NCBI GenBank assembly: GCA_045046875.1 | Contig: JASFYY010000112.1 | Span: 1-11,032, forward strand | Direction: 5' to 3' | DNA length: 11,032 nt | Source: Verrucomicrobiota bacterium | GTDB lineage: Bacteria > Verrucomicrobiota > Verrucomicrobiia > Verrucomicrobiales > DEV007 | Shown: positions 7,657 through 11,032 of the stretch, one piece after another | Layout: each line of letters opens with the position of its first letter | Position numbering within the stretch: the first letter of the stretch is position 1 | Made by a program: the position numbers and the translations under genes | The notes under the pieces: generated by a model | The model's database searches: none | Seen by the model: only the letters and a program-made list of their open reading frames with translations | What the model was told of the DNA's origin: nothing

Positions 7657-8427
7657 TTATTTGGCAAGCTCTGCGTAGAACATCACAACAGTTTCATTAT
7701 CACCTTGAGTGGTAACAGTGACTTTGATCAATTTTTTATCCTTGCTGCCATGCAAACCCTTGCCCATTAAATCTGCTTTATCCTCAACCGTATAACTTCC
7801 AGCCGCGAATATATCCTGATAAAATTTAAGCACCGCCTCTTGCTTATCCTTGGTAATGAAAATAAATGACGCTTTGATCACCTTATCGTCCTCGCTTACT
7901 GTCAGAGGACTCGCGACATCGCCTACGCCAGGATAGACAAAATCTTTGAAGTGTGTAGGCAAATTCGCCCAATAGTTTCCTTTTTGGGAAGCCGTTACCG
8001 TGGTGGTCTTGCCCTCCCCATCGTCTATTTTCATCGTTTGACCGTCATGCTTGACCGACGTGGTTTTTCCATCCGCTGTGGTGGACTCCACGCTGAACTT
8101 ACCATCCTTGAGATCGGCATAAGAAAAAGTATGCACTTCACCTGTTTTGGTCATTTTGATGGTGATCTTTCCCACTTCATCATTGCTTTCAACCAACTCC
8201 ATATCCGGATTGAACTTCACCACCAACTCAGCGGCAAAACGTTCGGGGTTGCCATTTGCATCCGCAAGACCTTGTTTGACCTTGTTACCCAAAATCATAC
8301 CCCCAGCGACGACGGCAATGAGCCCCAAGACCAGCAGACCGCCACAACCAATACCTACCCAGGCTAACGGGCTAAGACCTTTTTTAGATTTACCTGATGA
8401 GTTTTCAGCTGAGTTGGGATCGGACAT
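7657..8427 (-). CDS. Single-pass membrane protein of unknown function
   Basis: Basic N-terminus followed by one transmembrane helix (LAWVGIGCGGLLVLGLIAVVAGGMIL), a beta-hairpin-rich middle and an alpha/beta C-terminal region (FVYPG...TKDKQEAVLKFY). It ends 11-14 bp before tadA, so the two are likely co-transcribed. Confidence 0.85.
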   Translation of the reverse strand: MSDPNSAENSSGKSKKGLSPLAWVGIGCGGLLVLGLIAVVAGGMILGNKVKQGLADANGNPERFAAELVVKFNPDMELVESNDEVGKITIKMTKTGEVHTFSYADLKDGKFSVESTTADGKTTSVKHDGQTMKIDDGEGKTTTVTASQKGNYWANLPTHFKDFVYPGVGDVASPLTVSEDDKVIKASFIFITKDKQEAVLKFYQDIFAAGSYTVEDKADLMGKGLHGSKDKKLIKVTVTTQGDNETVVMFYAELAK

Positions 8428-8572
8428 AATATCGGATTAAGTGGGATGTGTTATTTAAGATGAATCTCACAAGCTTCGTTTCGTAAAATACAGTTCATAG
8501 CAGTAGTTCGATCAGCAACGATTTCAAATAAATTAGTTACGGCAGCAATTTTGTGTACTTCCAGCAGCTCTT

Positions 8573-9472
8573 TTAGTCTTGAGAGCCATTCACCACAAAA
8601 GGCAAAATGCGGAAAATCGAATCAGGATAATTTTGATGAAACTGCTCCTGGAACAATTGTTCCACCTCTAGAATTTTCTCAACCCTTGTCTCCGCCAAAA
8701 AACCCAACTCGATCTCAATCACACACTGTTTGCCGCGTCGCGAAGTATAAATTCTTCCCAGATCTTCATAAATATCGTGATTTTTAACCAGCACCTTGAT
8801 GATCTCCATCTGTTCAGTTTCAGGCAAAGGGAAATCCACCAGCACCCGAAAATTTGTAAGCAAAATAGGCCATGATTTCACAATGATGAAAACAGCGACC
8901 AGACTCGCTATGATCCCGTCCATTAGAACTGGGTTCAAATGTGTCATTTTAGCAAACTGAATACCTATGAGCAGCGATGCACAAAGTATACCGTCGCGAT
9001 AACAACCGATGCGAAAAGCCAAACGAAGTGATTCTTCAACCGGCGAAATACTAGCCTGTTTTTTTTCTGAACGAAGCAGAACCCATGTCATCACTAGATT
9101 GGCAAAAAAACTAATAAATACCGGTATGCTTACCAAGCCCAAACACGGGATCATATGATCTTCAGGATAAAAAAATTGAGTGGTCGAACCTATCAAACTA
9201 TAAGCGGCCCCTGCTACCATGAGCAAAGCGCAGCCAAAAGCACTGGCGTTTTCCAATCGCCCAGTACCAAAAGGGAATTGATCGGGCTTGGCATTAATCG
9301 CTGTATTTACGGTGTAAAGAACAGCAACCACTAGGGAAATATTGGCCAAACTGACCACCGTCAGCATGAATATTGTTCCTGATTCATTGATCCATGCTAC
9401 GGCAATCACGATAATGAAAATCGTGAGTTGAATAAATAACTCGACGGTCATGATATTTTTGAGCCGTTGCAT
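8573..9472 (-). CDS. Cation diffusion facilitator (FieF/YiiP-like) family protein with degenerate metal sites
   Basis: Six hydrophobic segments, CDF signature loop FPFGTGRLE, TM6 motif MDGIIASLVAVFII, and a C-terminal soluble domain (YTSRRGKQCVIEIEL). Its 299-aa length is typical of CDFs. Confidence 0.85.
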   Translation of the reverse strand: MQRLKNIMTVELFIQLTIFIIVIAVAWINESGTIFMLTVVSLANISLVVAVLYTVNTAINAKPDQFPFGTGRLENASAFGCALLMVAGAAYSLIGSTTQFFYPEDHMIPCLGLVSIPVFISFFANLVMTWVLLRSEKKQASISPVEESLRLAFRIGCYRDGILCASLLIGIQFAKMTHLNPVLMDGIIASLVAVFIIVKSWPILLTNFRVLVDFPLPETEQMEIIKVLVKNHDIYEDLGRIYTSRRGKQCVIEIELGFLAETRVEKILEVEQLFQEQFHQNYPDSIFRILPFVVNGSQD

Positions 9473-9479
9473 GGATGCC

Positions 9480-9485
9480 AGTATA
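9480..9485 (-). promoter_or_regulatory. Candidate -10 box (TATACT) for a leaderless transcript of the CDF gene
   Basis: Minus strand reads TATACT-ggcatcc-ATG, with 7 nt between the box and the start codon and no Shine-Dalgarno. No convincing -35 was found. Confidence 0.35.
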
Positions 9486-9636
9486 AGGGGCTTGCAACAT
9501 ACCGCTAGGAATTAACGCATCTAGCTCAAGTCCCCCGGCAACCATACAAAACAACTTGTCATCGAATGAAATATTTCCGGCAAAATGTTAAAAACTCATT
9601 TTCTGTCTCCGGCAATGGCGTAAGCTAGAACCAAGG

Positions 9637-10299
9637 ATGAAAGACTGTACACAACGAATCATTGCCCCTTCCATCTTGGCTGCCGATTGGAGCCAAGTCG
9701 CCAACGAAGCCCAACGCGCCAAGGACGCCGGCGGAGACTGGCTGCACCTCGATGTGATGGACGGCCATTTTGTCGATAACATCTCCTTCGGCCCCACCTA
9801 TGTTGAAGCCGTTCGCCGAACAACGGATCAATATCTGGATGTGCATCTTATGATCACCCGTCCTGACCACTTTTTTTCCCGTTTTATCAAAGCTGGTGCA
9901 GACAATATCACCGTGCATGTTGAATCCGATCATGATGTGGCAAGTACTTTGGCAGGCATACGCGAAGCCGGCTGCCACTGCGGCCTCGCGTTGAGCCCCG
10001 ACACTCCATTTGAACACATGCTGCCTTACCTTGATCAAATCGACCTATTACTGGTCATGACCGTACGACCTGGTTACGGCGGTCAGGCATTCATGGACAA
10101 AGAAACCATGCCCAAAGTTGAACAAGCTCTGGCACAACGTGAGCAACTCGGACTCAGCTACCACATCGAAGTTGATGGTGGAATCGATATTAAAACTGTA
10201 CAAACCGCCGCCCGTCACGGTGCCAACGTCATGGTCGCCGGAACATCTCTCTTTGCTGCACCCGATATGTCTGCGGCAGTGACTGCCATGCGGGACTGA
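9637..10299 (+). CDS. rpe: Ribulose-phosphate 3-epimerase
   Basis: IAPSILAAD, LHLDVMDGHFV, DVHLM, MTVRPGYGGQ, IEVDGGI and VAGTSLF. The His/Asp metal ligands are present. Confidence 0.97.
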   Translation: MKDCTQRIIAPSILAADWSQVANEAQRAKDAGGDWLHLDVMDGHFVDNISFGPTYVEAVRRTTDQYLDVHLMITRPDHFFSRFIKAGADNITVHVESDHDVASTLAGIREAGCHCGLALSPDTPFEHMLPYLDQIDLLLVMTVRPGYGGQAFMDKETMPKVEQALAQREQLGLSYHIEVDGGIDIKTVQTAARHGANVMVAGTSLFAAPDMSAAVTAMRD

Positions 10300-10337
10300 C
10301 ATTCCACTATCAGTCTACAATTCAATCCCACGAAGGC

Positions 10338-10904
10338 ATGCAATCAGCACCAAAAAAACCTTATCGACGAATCCTATCTTTTCTGATTCTATCCACCACA
10401 CTATTTTGCCATTCGCTACAAGCAGAAGAATGGAAGCGCATCAACAGCAAAGACGGTAATATTTCTGCCTTATTTCCAAAAGGCATTCAAGATAAAGCTC
10501 AAACCCAAATCGACAAAACACCGGCAGGCAAAGTAAAATCCACTTTTGGCGAGTATTACGGTAACGGCATTCTTATAGCAGGCAGTGCTGCCGACCTGCC
10601 ACGACTTGCCCGAGCAGCTGGTCATAAAAATATTTTCAACGGATCTAAAAAAACTTTTCTAGACCAAGCTAAAGGAACAGAGCTCAGTTTTACAAAAACC
10701 ACAGTAGATGACGTCCCTGCATGGTCATTGACCTATAAAGGAGCCGCCTACCGAGGCAAAGGCGAACCTTACCAGGGTCAGGCTCTGTTTGTCATTGTCG
10801 ACAAACGCATTTACATCTTCAACGCAGTAACCACCAAGCCAAGCACAGAAAATCAAGCGCTTGAAAAGAAGCTGTTCACTTCGATTAAAGTAATCAAAAA
10901 ATGA
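10338..10904 (+). CDS. Secreted hypothetical protein, possibly PsbP/Mog1p/DcrB-like fold
   Basis: Sec signal ending SLQA-EE. The pattern W..I.S.DG.IS..FP ... VDDVPAWSLTY ... FVIVDKRIYIF ... KKLFTSIKV resembles PsbP-like domains; the fold assignment is inference. Confidence 0.75.
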   Translation: MQSAPKKPYRRILSFLILSTTLFCHSLQAEEWKRINSKDGNISALFPKGIQDKAQTQIDKTPAGKVKSTFGEYYGNGILIAGSAADLPRLARAAGHKNIFNGSKKTFLDQAKGTELSFTKTTVDDVPAWSLTYKGAAYRGKGEPYQGQALFVIVDKRIYIFNAVTTKPSTENQALEKKLFTSIKVIKK

Positions 10905-10905
10905 A

Positions 10906-10922
10906 GTGAGCGCTGCACTCAC
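10906..10922. repeat. Imperfect inverted repeat overlapping the transposase-like stop codon
   Basis: Plus strand GTGAGCGC-t-GCACTCAC (7/8 match). On the minus strand it folds as GTGAGTG-CAG-CGCTCAC with one G.T pair. Confidence 0.6.
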
Positions 10923-11032
10923 CCTCCCCTTAGCACATCAGCTTTCAAATCCCGTAATACCCGCAAGCTCCCCCACTGCGCCCCACGCATCTTGCGCCCG
11001 CCGTCCTTACGGCGCTCTCCAAATTGGTCCCT
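10919..11032 (-). mobile_element. C-terminal 37 codons of a probable Y1 HUH (IS200/RAYT-like) transposase entering from the window edge
   Basis: Minus-strand frame open from 11032: RDQFGERRKDGGRKMRGAQWGSLRVLRDLKADVLRGG*, stop at 10919-10921. It resembles the C-terminal consensus I recall for Verrucomicrobiota Y1 transposases (R..FG..RK.GAR.MRG...L..LRDL). The catalytic domain lies outside the window. Confidence 0.65.

Noticed and set aside
8573..9472. Magnetosome MamB/MamM identity for the CDF
   Set aside because: There are no mam neighbours, and the metal-site residues expected in those proteins are absent.
9473..9636. NiCo (czcD) or yybP-ykoY riboswitch upstream of the CDF
   Set aside because: I could not find the four-way-junction architecture or conserved sequence of either; an Infernal search is needed to exclude them fully.
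1..11032. CRISPR array, tRNA/rRNA, or a single coherent novel operon spanning the window
   Set aside because: No regularly spaced repeats or RNA-gene signatures were seen. Gene orientation switches repeatedly and the functions are unrelated.

Overview
Bacterial chromosomal window, probably Verrucomicrobiota/PVC (inferred from gene family content and lack of Shine-Dalgarno motifs). In order it contains: (1) a 5'-truncated conserved hypothetical protein with an acidic disordered insert and a basic tail; (2) two small exported helical proteins that align as divergent tandem paralogs; (3) a secreted alpha/beta-hydrolase esterase; (4) two tandem Tat-exported Gfo/Idh/MocA oxidoreductases separated by an intrinsic terminator; (5) tadA; (6) a single-pass membrane protein; (7) a cation diffusion facilitator (CDF) homolog that appears to have lost essentially all canonical metal ligands; (8) rpe; (9) a secreted protein with a possible PsbP/Mog1p-like fold; and (10) the last 37 codons of a probable Y1 (IS200/RAYT-like) transposase, missed by the ORF track and followed by a hairpin. 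No CRISPR array, rRNA or tRNA was seen. The window reads as a patchwork of housekeeping and accessory genes, not one demonstrable new system. The best leads are the ligand-less CDF, the cryptic helical paralog pair and the large hypothetical protein. All alignments were done by eye.
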